From contig MU271197.1 of assembly GCA_021432655.1 (NCBI GenBank), positions 77,451 to 119,733 on the forward strand: a DNA stretch of 42,283 nucleotides. The letters are read 5' to 3'. Of this stretch, positions 10,208 through 20,865 are shown piece by piece. The notes beneath the pieces are model-generated. The model made no database searches. It was not told the DNA's origin and saw nothing but the letters and a program-made list of their open reading frames with translations. The position numbers were made by a program, and so were the translations under genes. Each line of letters opens with the position of its first letter. The first letter of the stretch is position 1. The stretch is from Atractiella rhizophila. Its lineage: Eukaryota.

Positions 10208-13200
10208 ATGCATCAAGCCTTCTCAGTCTCGTACCATGACACCGACTCACCCACTCCCATAGCCTCTCTCTCCCACTCATCCTCCACACTCTACCTCACC
10301 CGCTCCTCCACACTCACCATCCTTCCCCTTCCGCTCTCTTCTACTCCCCCACCCCCACATATCCCCTCCTCCCCACGCCCATAACCTCCCTCAGCCCGCT
10401 CTCGGACCCTCCCTCGCTCCTCGTCCTCTCCGCCGGCGACCTCACCCTCCACTCCGCCGCCGCGCCGTACACCCAGCTCCAATCGCTCAAGCCGTTCACG
10501 CGCGGGAATGCGTCCACCTTCAAAGTGTGGGAGGGGAGCATGTCCCTCCCTCCCACCGCTTCCGCGAACCAACAGGGAAAGTCGACGCTGGGGAGGAGAT
10601 TGGGAAAGGCGATCGGCGTCAGGACGGGAACGAAGGAGAGGGAGGAGGGAGAGGAACAGACTGTCAAGTGTTTTGTGACGAGAGTCGCGGTTTGTTGTAG
10701 GAGGAGATTGGTCGTGTTTGCTTGGAGGGATGGAGAGTGGGCTGGCGTTTCTGTATGTCTGTCTGTTTTAGCTTTCATTATTTGGACTGGGATTGTTGTC
10801 ATTCTGCTACGACGTGAATTGCATTACATCCGTCACTTGGCCGCGCAGAGAAATGTTTCCTGCGTCATAGGATGTCTCCATCTTTAATGGCGGAGATTGA
10901 GCAGAGTTCTCGAGCAGACAATATTTCATTCGTTGTCCCTTCATTTATCCCCGAGCTGCGTGGGAGAAGCGTTGTACTATGAGTTCGGGACAGAGAGACA
11001 TGACATTAGTGCTCGTATGAACACAAACAGTCTTCAAGTCTAGCATTTGCGTACATGCAAATTTCATGGTTCGACTGCCAAAGCAAGCGGAGTTTATTAT
11101 CCGTATTCTTTATGGTTTGCATATCCAACTTTTGTTCAGCATACAGCAATTATCGTAGCCATCATAAGAAAGAAGCATTACCGCCCATATCTACGCAAAA
11201 AGAGGAGTCGGAAACAGTCAAGCGTGTCATACTCTCTGTATCGTGCAGATGAGCCACGATAGGGTTGCAAATAAATAAACAGGCGTTCCTAACAGCGTGT
11301 CTATCAAGTGCATGGGTGCTATGTGTTACTTTGGTCCTGGTGGAACTTCTTGGAAAATAACACTACCTTCTTGCTTTTCTCCCTTTGCTCAACTTGTAGT
11401 GCGTCTAATTTACCCCTTTCAATTCATCGTATCTGAGAGGATAAAAGTACTTCTTTCAGGTAATCTGTAAAGGGAATCGTCTATTGCAGATTAAACCTTT
11501 ATTACCTTCCTCCTCTCTCTTGGGGAAGTTGGGCAGTAGTGAAAAGCAAGATTGATCTCATTGACTTGAAGGAACTAGCCTTGCCTCACCAAGTTCGATC
11601 GCTAACCTTCCCAACCCCAACAACCGCCTTCCTCGGTTTCTCAACCTCAGAGTACGGTCTCGTCACCATCCCCCCTCCAACCCACCCCACCGACGCGACA
11701 CCACCACCTATGACTCTCGGAGACCTTTTCGCGCCTTCCTTCCCTGAGAAACCGCCGATCGACAACCTCATGCTCCTACCTGGTCCGGGCCTAGTCGGGT
11801 CCCCACCGTCCACCATCGCTGCCCTTATTCCTCCTGCTGAACCGGTGAAAGAAGGAGCTTCAACTGCTGCAGAACCGTCACAGTTTCCTGGTTTGGGTAG
11901 GCTGGGGTTGTCGACTGGATTGGGCCTGGGTGGTTTTGTTGAAGGGCTTGGAGGTGCTTTAGGGAGGAAAGGGAAAGTGGCTAAGAATCCAGTGGTCAAG
12001 TCTGGGATGGATGATGAAGTGGCAGTCTTGAAAGAAAGTGCGTCCTGCTTGATTCAGTTTCATTCGGGTTCAGGTTGCTAATGAGAACTTGAGCAGATAT
12101 CTTGTTGTTCTTCTCTTCGTCGTCTAATCAACCACGAAAACCTCCATCAAGTACTCCGCTTAAGAAGACGACGCCACTCACGACGATTACATATCCTGTT
12201 CCTCCGGAAGAAATCGTCGTCTCATACCCATACATCCTCGCCTTGATCCCCACAATCCCTGAGAGGAATGTTGGCGCTACGATCCATGTTCATGAAGTGA
12301 CAGCTCTAGAAGGCATACAAGTCATTCCGATCATGCCAACCTCGTCCGATTCAGAGCTATGGAACGCACGACTCCTTGCTACCCCCTCATCTGCATCTGC
12401 ATCTGGGAAAGCCCCGATCTTGGCTGTCGCATCGAAAGAAGATGGGGGGGAGGAGAAACTGTGTTCGATATCCTTGCAGCCTTGGATCGCACAGCTGGAC
12501 GAGATGAAGGTGAGAGGAGAATTCGAAGCCGCTTTACGATTGTTGGATGTAGTCGACGGCGCGTTGGTGCCTGATAAGGAGGCGAGAAGGGACCATTTGG
12601 CAGTCTTGTCTTCCCTTGCCATCTTTGCGCTGCCCATTACCAGCTCAGCCATCAGCAAGGCGTACGAGGCGGCAATCGAGCTCTTCATTAAGCTTGATAC
12701 GAATCCTGCAAAAGTGGTCGCCTTGTTCCCTCAGGCTATATCTGGCAAGTTGAACGTCGAGGAGGAGAGGTGGGAGAGTTTGTTTGGAGGCAGATCGGTG
12801 GACGAGGTGCGAGCGGCGAAAGTGACCGTGGAGGGGTTGGAGGCGGAAACGATGAAGAGAGACGACAGCACTTCTTCGTCACAGGAGGGATCTAAACGGT
12901 CAAACAAGTCCAGCGTCGATGATGTCTTGCCTGATAAGGCAGCTGTCCCGGAGAAGGGAGAAAGCTCATCTAAGCCAGAAGCGCTTGAGCAAAAGGCTAA
13001 AGGCCAGCTTCCAGGTCCGTTGTTTCTTTCTCCTTGTCAGGGTCGAACCCCTCCTAAATACCGTCATCAGAATCTACCGATAGTTATACTGCATTTCGAC
13101 GAGCAGTTGGCACACTTATTTACTACCTTACTGATCGCAGACAGCACATTGCGAAAGCCCTTGCTGCAATACCACTTACCAATCGACCCAATTCCGCCAA

Positions 13201-14856
13201 CCCACTCCCACCCGCTCCTCCAGAGGAACTCTTCTCCCTCCCAGACGTTGAACCAACTCTGTTGACGCCCGAACAACTTCATCGAGTTGCAACCATTGTC
13301 GAGACGGCTCTGTTCAGATGTTATTTGGCGACCAAGCAAAATAGCTTGCTAGGTGCTTTATGCCGGATTGAGAATTGGTGCGAGGTGGAGGAAGTAGAGG
13401 AGCTTCTTTCCGATGCTAAGGCAAGTGCCAGATACTACTCAGTTCAAATTCTTATAGCGTTAATAGCAATATACCGAGCTTCTCTTCCTCTACAGGGGTA
13501 AAAACAAGCACGATCGCGCTATTAAGTTGTTGGAGGAGTGGGTGACCCATCCTACCTTCGACGGCAGGAACTAAAGTTGTTTTAGTCGAAGTCAAGATGA
13601 GCCAGATCCAGCCGAAAAGGTGCGGCCAACTATTGAGTATTTACATAAGCTTGGGCGCTCTTACTTGGATCTAATCCTGGAGACTTCAAAATGGGTTTAT
13701 AAAGTGCACCCACCTTCGCTTCCTCAGGTAATGCATTTGCAGTCGCTCTACCTATTAACCGCTTAGGCTTTGATTTAGATCTTTGTTACCGATATCGAGG
13801 AAGTGGAGGGATTACCTAGGCATGCTGTTGCTGCCCACCTGGCCTCCTTAGACCCCAACGCATGCGCGAGTTATCTGGAGCACATCATTGATGGTCTAGG
13901 GGAAGGCGGACCAGAGTTCCATGATCAGCTGGTTGAGATATACATGAGAACATTCCGCGAGTCAAAAGAGACAGAGGATGGTATGTCACCTTTCGTTCTC
14001 TCCCAATGATATCCTAATCTTTAAACTAGAATCTCGCATATTTCAAAAACTCATCGGCTTCCTCAATCGTTCTAACCAATACCGCCCGGAACGCCTTCTG
14101 GGTCGTCTTCCTTCGGATTCTATGTTTGAAATCAGGGCTATTCTTTTGGGCAGGCTTGGTCAACACGATGCAGCTTTACAGATCTACGTGTATCGTCTGC
14201 AGGCTTACATCAAAGCTGAACAGTGAGTCAATAGACCCCGATCGATTTTGTGAACCAATTCTTTGCACAGGTATTGCAAGAAAGTCTACCTGTCGAATCC
14301 TTCCAGTCGGAACACCATTTTTATTACTCTTCTCAACCTTTACCTTCGTCCCAAAAGCGGCTTGCCACTTCTGCTCGCGCCAGCCTTGGACGCCATTAGC
14401 CGCCAAGGGATGTATATGGACTCTGCCCAGATCCTGGAGATGCTTCCTCCTCTGGTTCCCCTCAAGGATGTGCACATCTTCCTCCAAAAGGCGATCCGCA
14501 AAGCGAGGGAGACCAAGGCTCTCACGCAAGTCCAACGATCGATTTATCGCACACGCACAGATCAATTGGACGAGGAATTGGTGACACTTGAGGAGAGGAG
14601 AGTGACAATAACCGATTACAGGGTTTGTCCAGTGTGTAGTAAGAGGTTAGGGAATAGCGTGATTGCGATTCACGCTCCTGAGTACGGTTTTCGTTTTCTG
14701 TCCCTGCTGTTCTCACGGGTGGACACTAGTGGGATCGTGACCCATTATCAATGTAAAGACGTAGGTTTCTCATTATATTCTCCAGGTCGACCGCTGATAG
14801 GTTTCTCTTGGTAGCGATTTGTCGAGTCGCAAAAGGAACACGACTTAAATTATTGA
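10208..14856 (+). CDS. VPS39: HOPS complex subunit Vps39/Vam6 (CNH, CHCR, C-terminal zinc finger); apparent 1-nt frameshift near 10345-10384
   Basis: N-terminus MHQAFS, then VAVCCRRRLVVFAW, ELALPHQVRSL, LDTNPAKVVALFP, VETALFRCYL, LLGALCRIENWCEVEEVE, AILLGRLGQHDAALQIYVYRL and RVCPVCSKRLGNSVIAIH...VTHYQC. Intron 1 is 10753-11571 (819 nt). Confidence 0.93.
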
Positions 14857-15029
14857 AGTACACATGTCTCTGCATCCAGTCGCAATTGATACCATTTGTA
14901 CACATCATAACAAGGAATCGCTCCACAACATGCCACAGGTATAAATAATAAGCTACACGATGTAAACAGTGGTATCCAAGTCCAGCATTTCGTCCATCAG
15001 GTAACCTTCTACAACAGATAAGACAAAGT

Positions 15030-16543
15030 TCAAAAGTTCCAGTCAGGCCACTCGATCCTCCAATGGTTCGAATACCCATCTTTTACCTCCACTCCATAAG
15101 CCTCAAAAACATGTTTAATAGTCAGCCTGTCCTCGTTGACTACCTGGCCAGAGGTCAAATGCAGGAATCGAAGACTGGGAAAATCAGCTTCTTTCTGTAG
15201 ATTGTCGAGAGGGGAGAGGTCATAGCGTTGAAGACGTTCGTTAAAGGAGCGAATGAAGTGCAAACGCATGATTTGAATGGTTGGAGGAAGACCACTCAGA
15301 ATGGAGAGATCGAGAAAATCTTTGGCTATTGCGAAGGCTCGTAGATGGTTGGCCTGTTCCCAACACTTCGAAAATTGTTCCGCCAGGTCATTTATGGGAG
15401 CGTATTCTCCCCAATTGAGGTAAAAATGGGTGAGGAGGACAAAAGCAGGGGCGAGAATGGAGACTGGAAAAGGTTGTAACGTTCGCACGTAAAGTCTCGT
15501 CAATCGAGGTGGAAGGAGAACCAATGAGGTACGGTAGATTTCGTTGGGTCCATCTAGCCGCAGGTCCGTTATACGTGACATAAATCGACTTGTATCTTTG
15601 AACTGGTAGGATTCGCCCGTTGCATCTAACAGACCACGTGAACGAATCCCGAACGATATGTACCGCAGCCGTTTGAACTTCTCCAATACCTCTTCCAGTT
15701 GGCGAGAGAAGGTCCCAAGGCCGGATATCGTGAGGTATTGAAGGTCCACGCTCCTCTCCACCATCTTCGTGAGGACATACCAGAGTTTCCCAATGTCTGG
15801 AGGAGAGTTGGCGTCGAGGAAATCAACCGCGACAACATTTGGAAATGTGGCAAAGAAATCGAGGTAGAAACTAAGCTTTCCGCCCTGCTCGAATTGATGA
15901 TACGCTAATGCAATCTGAGGAAGCTTCACGCCGAGAATGAAGAAGCGGAGGGAGCTATGCCGAAATTTATTGATGATGCTATTGCCATGGACCTCGCTCT
16001 TCACGACCAGCTCTCGGAACATGAATCTGCGACAAGGATCCAACCACGCTTTCGATATGAGAGAGTAAGGCGCCAGAGAGCTCGGCTTGGTCGCATCGTA
16101 AAGGTATGATAAAATCTCTCGAATGAGCTCATACGGAAAAGTAGGAGGGAGCGTCGCGATTGTTTGTAACTCTTCGGCACCTTCAGATTTGGACGAGTCC
16201 TCCTGCAGAGAAAGTCAGGGACAATAAAAGCTACGAAGTAGGAATATGCGAGCGAGTACATGTGTTACTCCATTAGACTTCGCTCCGACGCTATCAGCGC
16301 TCGACGTTGGTGTTGTTTTGGAATCATTCGCATTCTATCATGTTTTCAGCGAACAAGCTGGAGATGAGTTGACAACGTACAGAGGATGAAAAAATCGAAG
16401 TGCTCGATATTCCTGCAGAAGAAATGGATCTAGAATGACGCTGTTGAGGATTTATTACCACCAGAGTTCCATAACTTCAAGCTGAAGGAGGGGCATACAC
16501 TTTCTGATGATTTTCTGAACCGACTGAGATTTGGACGCCACAT
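15030..16543 (-). CDS. F-box protein with LRR-like C-terminal region
   Basis: LPPTFPYELIREILSYL...LAPYSLISKAWLDPCRRFMF upstream in frame with ORF 15030-16043 is an F-box pattern. Downstream LxxLxL repeats (LQYLTISG, LRYISF, ITDLRLDG, LTRLYV, LRFLHL). The predicted 5' exons from ATG 16543 (MWRPNLSRFRKSSES) are less certain. Confidence 0.7.
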
Positions 16544-16973
16544 TTTTTACTTCCAATGTTTGCAATGTTAGGAGACAGCCCTTAAGGAGCGCGGACTTGG
16601 AGATGAAATACAAAGACTTGGAGGCAGTGATTTGGAACAAATTCCTCGCATGCAGTTGCCAATGATAGACAGGAGCCAAAACTCGTCTGTGAGCCGTGTG
16701 CAGCCGTGAATACACGGGAAACACAACGTGAACCGTAAGCAGGAGGGAACGAACGGAAGAGAGCTGAGAGACAAGTCACAGAGTGCGGGAAATACAGCGA
16801 AACGAAGTCACGTTCACGTTTGGTTCTTGGAAGGTTGGGGCTCCCTACGGGGCTACCTACCTATTCGACGCGCCGCGCGATTCCTTGTGATGCCCTCCTT
16901 ATCTTCTAGACTGCATATCAGTTACGTGCCTCAGGTTTTGACCTTGATTTCAACCAAATTTTAACCCCCTGAA

Positions 16974-17936
16974 ATGGCTTCTCTGCGTTTTGAAGATGCG
17001 TCTGCGTCATCGGACGAGGATGTGGAAGACGAGACGGAGTTCCAGCAGCTCATGCGGCATTGGCAAGATGAACGATTTTCTCCTGAGCTCCTTCCGGCAC
17101 AGAATGAGTTACTAGATCATATGATGGACCTGATTGCACAACAGGTTAGAGCTTTTCTACTTCTCTTTGACAGACATGATGTGATCGCTTTCGATTTGGT
17201 AGGCAGAATATATTGAGAAAGCGCGTAACGATCCTCGCAACACCTCGATCGATTCAACGCGAACAGCTCTGTGGGAGCTAGAGATCGAGCAGAACAAATT
17301 CCTGGTCAGATCGTACATTCGAACAAGGATGGCAAAAGTCAGTTTACCGTCTTCCATGATCTGTTTTCTTGTTGAGCTCGAGGAAGCTGATATCGACAAA
17401 GAAAGATAGAAAAATTCACGGAACACCTTCTGGAGACTCCAAGCGGTCGCACTTGCTTAGCTGATTACGAAGTAGGATACGCAGAGCGGTATGTGCTTAC
17501 TTTTCTCTGCTCATACCCAGTAATAAATTGGTTGAAGGTATCGAAACCTTGAGAAAGAACATTATCAAACCTCAGTCTCCTCCCACCTTAACGCGACAAC
17601 TGTAAACATCAACGCGCGGCACTCTAGTGCGTCAATCAAACTCTCTACCTTCCATTCCGTGTCCTCTCTTTAGCAAATACATGAACTAACTACAACATTG
17701 TAGTAAAGAAGCCGGATCTTGATCAACCTGTGATTGCGAAAGCGAGGCGGACTTTTAACATGTTGGTTGCAGGGTACGCGTTCCTTTCTCTTTACTTTCC
17801 AAATAGTTTTCCTCCGAGAAGTCTGAGAAGAATGGGGCATAGCACCCAGCTCACTTACAAGAAAGGTTCGCATCATTTACAACGGCATAAAGTCGTGAGA
17901 AGCGCGTTGAAGAATGGAGATGTGCGACTCGTTTGA
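16974..17936 (+). CDS. SLD5: GINS complex subunit Sld5
   Basis: QQLMRHWQDERFSPELLP, ELEIEQNKFLVRSYIRTRMAK|IEKF, VKKPDLDQPV and C-terminal YKKGSHHLQRHKVVRSALKNGDVRLV*. Confidence 0.88.
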
Positions 17937-18497
17937 TAGATCATGTTTTTCGAACAACGTCTCCAACTGCGCGTCATCCCAAGGTCCGCCAGACATTTAC
18001 GCATCCCTCACTATCGGATGTACGTGTAAACCATTGTAATCCTTGAATAGGTCGTTCGACGTCCAGCAACTGGTGGCAGCGCTGAGTGCTGAACGCCAAG
18101 TCCCCACTCAGGAAATGACTTGGTTGAAATTTGATTGTGAAATGTTTGCGCGGAGTTGAGAAACTGACACTCAGCCAACACAAGGGCCGGTTCAGGATTT
18201 TCGAATTGTTTGTTAGCTGACCTTGAATGACCCTCTTGGGTCTTCGCGTGTTCGAATGACCGAGCCACTGCAATTCTAGCGGTCTAAGGAGGTCTGTTGG
18301 TTGAAAAACGTTCACTCTGGGTTGCCTTTGGTTGAGTGAGTCCCAAACCAAAAGCTAAGCGAAAGCACCGGGAGGAATCCGGGTCGCGGAAACGCATTCC
18401 GACTCCTCACCACTTCCGACCATCATTCAACTTCAACAGTGAACTCACCCCTAAAAACCAGTGAAGTCTACAAGAACCCCCACAAGCCTCTTCCGAG

Positions 18498-20281
18498 ATG
18501 GCAATACTGTCTCAAAGCTCTCAAACTTCGATAATTTCATCCCAAGGTGCAGACGACGTCGGAGACCCGCTCTTTCCCTTTCCTCTCAGCGGCAGCACAG
18601 TTGCGACCTCTTTCTCCGCTTTTCCTCCCAGTTCTCAAATGTCTCAAGCCGCCGACCCTACAAAGCCTCAGATTATGGGGGAAGTCACTGGAGCGAAGGC
18701 CAATGGAATCGTGACAGAAGGCATGGAAACTGATGCCGACGCTGTTGGCTCGGAGGAAGCCATGGAGGATGGAGAAGATGGAGATAGCCTGGCAGAAGAA
18801 GAGAGAAGGAAGCAAATGGTTGAGAAGGTCCTCCGCAGGGCTGAAATCGGAAAGGTATGTGAGCTATGCTTGTTTACCATCTAAGGGAACGCGAAATTGC
18901 GACTGTACGCTGCCTCTTTGCGTATTACTGTATACCTTTATCATGGAATTTTGTCCAACCTATCCTTTCGGGCTTGTCATGACCTGTGATCTTGAAAAAG
19001 ACGCGTTTTCTCACAAGAAATTCACGCCTTATCTAGATGACATCTGGATGGTCACGTGACTTGAACGCGCACAAAATTTCCTTTTGGAGCTCTTGCTCCC
19101 CCAAAAATCCGTCCGATTGCTCACATTCTTATCTCAATAGCATTGCATGTTAGTATCTGGCGATGGTGTCATGATTCACCTCGGTAATGACTCGAGGTGA
19201 AAGTACTGTCTAACAACAGTCGTGGATAAACAAGAAACGCGTTCAGGACGCGTCATATCATCTATCCTATCGATCACTCTTGCAAAACTATCCAGGGCCT
19301 AACTTAACTTTCGTATCCAGGCGTCCCGTCAGTTTCAGAAGCGACTTGAACTCGCAAAGTTCAAAGCTGCTAGGGGATGGTCACACCTCTCTCTAGATCA
19401 GTTTGAGCCTTTGTACAACCGCGAAATTGAAGAACAGCAGTCTCGGAAGCGCAAACTCGCGGCTAATCCTAAGCGTCCCCCTACCATGAACGACTCGGGA
19501 CTCTTCGATCACCTTCTTTCACCGTCTCGGGGACCCATCCGAGCACCTTCGAGACCGAACGGTCAGCTTCTTTACGCGTCCCCTTCGAGGAGGAGACAAT
19601 TGTCCAACAGCTCCTCTTCGAGAGTCGCAATCAACCAACCAGGATCCCCCATACCTCAATCTTCGGTCCGTGGAACATCACAACAACCCCAAGTCCTCTC
19701 CACTTCCGACCCTTCCTTCAGCGGCGCCGCCAACGAATTCCTTTCTGCTGCAGATGCGCTTAATTCTATGAGCAAAGGTGGCCCCAACAGTCCTTCCAGA
19801 CTTGGGAAGAACAGGCACAGAAGCGAGGAAGAGAGCGACAAGGAATCCGCAGCTGAATTAATGCTCTATCTAGCTCAGAGCCCCAGTCCAGCTCAAACTG
19901 GTCGAATGGGGGGCGGACCGATAGGTGGCGAGGGAGTGAAGGGTGAGACTTTTGAGCCTGTTCGCATTTCATTCAGCTAATCCACATGCAGGTCGCCGAC
20001 TTTTCGAAGGGAGCGAGTTTGGCAGCGCTCATCAGCAACGATCGAGGACCAACACCGCTGGCTCCTCTTCCCTTCTGGGCCCACCTGCGCAATTCGAGAG
20101 ATCTGGACCTCCGACTCCTTCGCCAGCGACTCATGGGCACAATACTATCTCAGCCAGCGCGCTGTTGCCACCTCGAAGCTCCCTCCATCAGACACCAGGA
20201 AGTCGAGTATATAATAACTTTGACTTCCTCCAATCTCCGACCGCTCCTACAGCCACTGTTGGAAGCCCAATGCGTCGTTGA
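18498..20281 (+). CDS. WHI5: Whi5/Nrm1/Srl3-family G1/S transcriptional repressor
   Basis: After intron 18855-19320 the protein reads ASRQFQKRLELAKFKAARGWSHLSLDQFE (Whi5/GTB motif). It also has SAAELMLYLAQSPSP and many SP/TP CDK-type sites. The start could be 18498 or 18639. Confidence 0.75.
18889..19253. promoter_or_regulatory. Intronic cluster of MCB/SCB-like elements, E-box and forkhead-like site
   Basis: ACGCGT at 19001, 19237 and 19248; ACGCGAAA at 18889; ACGCGC at 19065; GTCACGTGAC at 19051; ATAAACA at 19226. All lie within the Whi5-family intron. Confidence 0.55.
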
Positions 20282-20865
20282 CCGGCTTTGTGCTTTACGC
20301 GTTTGACTGTGGATTTTCTCTTTTGTTTGAAGGAACATCCGGTGGATAGTTGGAATGTATGTTATATTCTGTCTTTGGATCAGTGACTCCTATTTCTCTT
20401 TTCCCTTCTTTTGAACTTCCTCTTCCGTCTCTTTTCTTCTCATGAGAATACACCGAGCAGTAAACCATCTGTAAATGTCTCCATTATCTGTAAAGGAAAG
20501 GAAATGAATCGTGGAAGTTTCAATACGTAGTTCTAGGATTGTGCTTCCTTGGGAGAGGTCTGAAGAGCAACGTTGGGTATGTCATTAATACTATGTACGT
20601 CAATGGTGAACGAAATGTTCATGTTTTCAAAGGCACACAGATCAGCTACTGAGCAATTCATGTTTCCGATTCCTCCTATTCTCCTTCTCCCTGATGCTTT
20701 TCGCAATTTTTTCATGGAGGATGCCGTCAACTGCACTTTTGTCCTCCTCGTGTCCATCCGCGTTGTCGTCCTGTGACCATTGTGGCCCATTGGGCTGGTC
20801 TAAATTGATACGGTCCCCTCCTAAATCTCCATCAGGAGCCAGAGGTGGAAGAAGGTGGCGTAGGT

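Noticed and set aside
11310..11480. TPP riboswitch-like words in the VPS39 intron (GCATGGGTGC...CTGAGA...CAGGTAATCTGTAAAGGGA)
   Set aside because: Lacks the conserved UGAUC and GCG pyrophosphate-binding residues and a proper P2 partner, and the host gene is unrelated to thiamine. Treated as a coincidental resemblance pending cmscan.
8700..11571. Telomerase RNA, RNase P/MRP or snR30 within the long introns
   Set aside because: No (C)TAACCCTAA template, no paired CR-I/CR-V motifs, and no snR30 m1/m2 motifs were found by eye.
18090..18120. AAGTCCCC in a hairpin, resembling RNase MRP CR-I
   Set aside because: No complementary GGGGCT CR-V segment at a suitable distance downstream.
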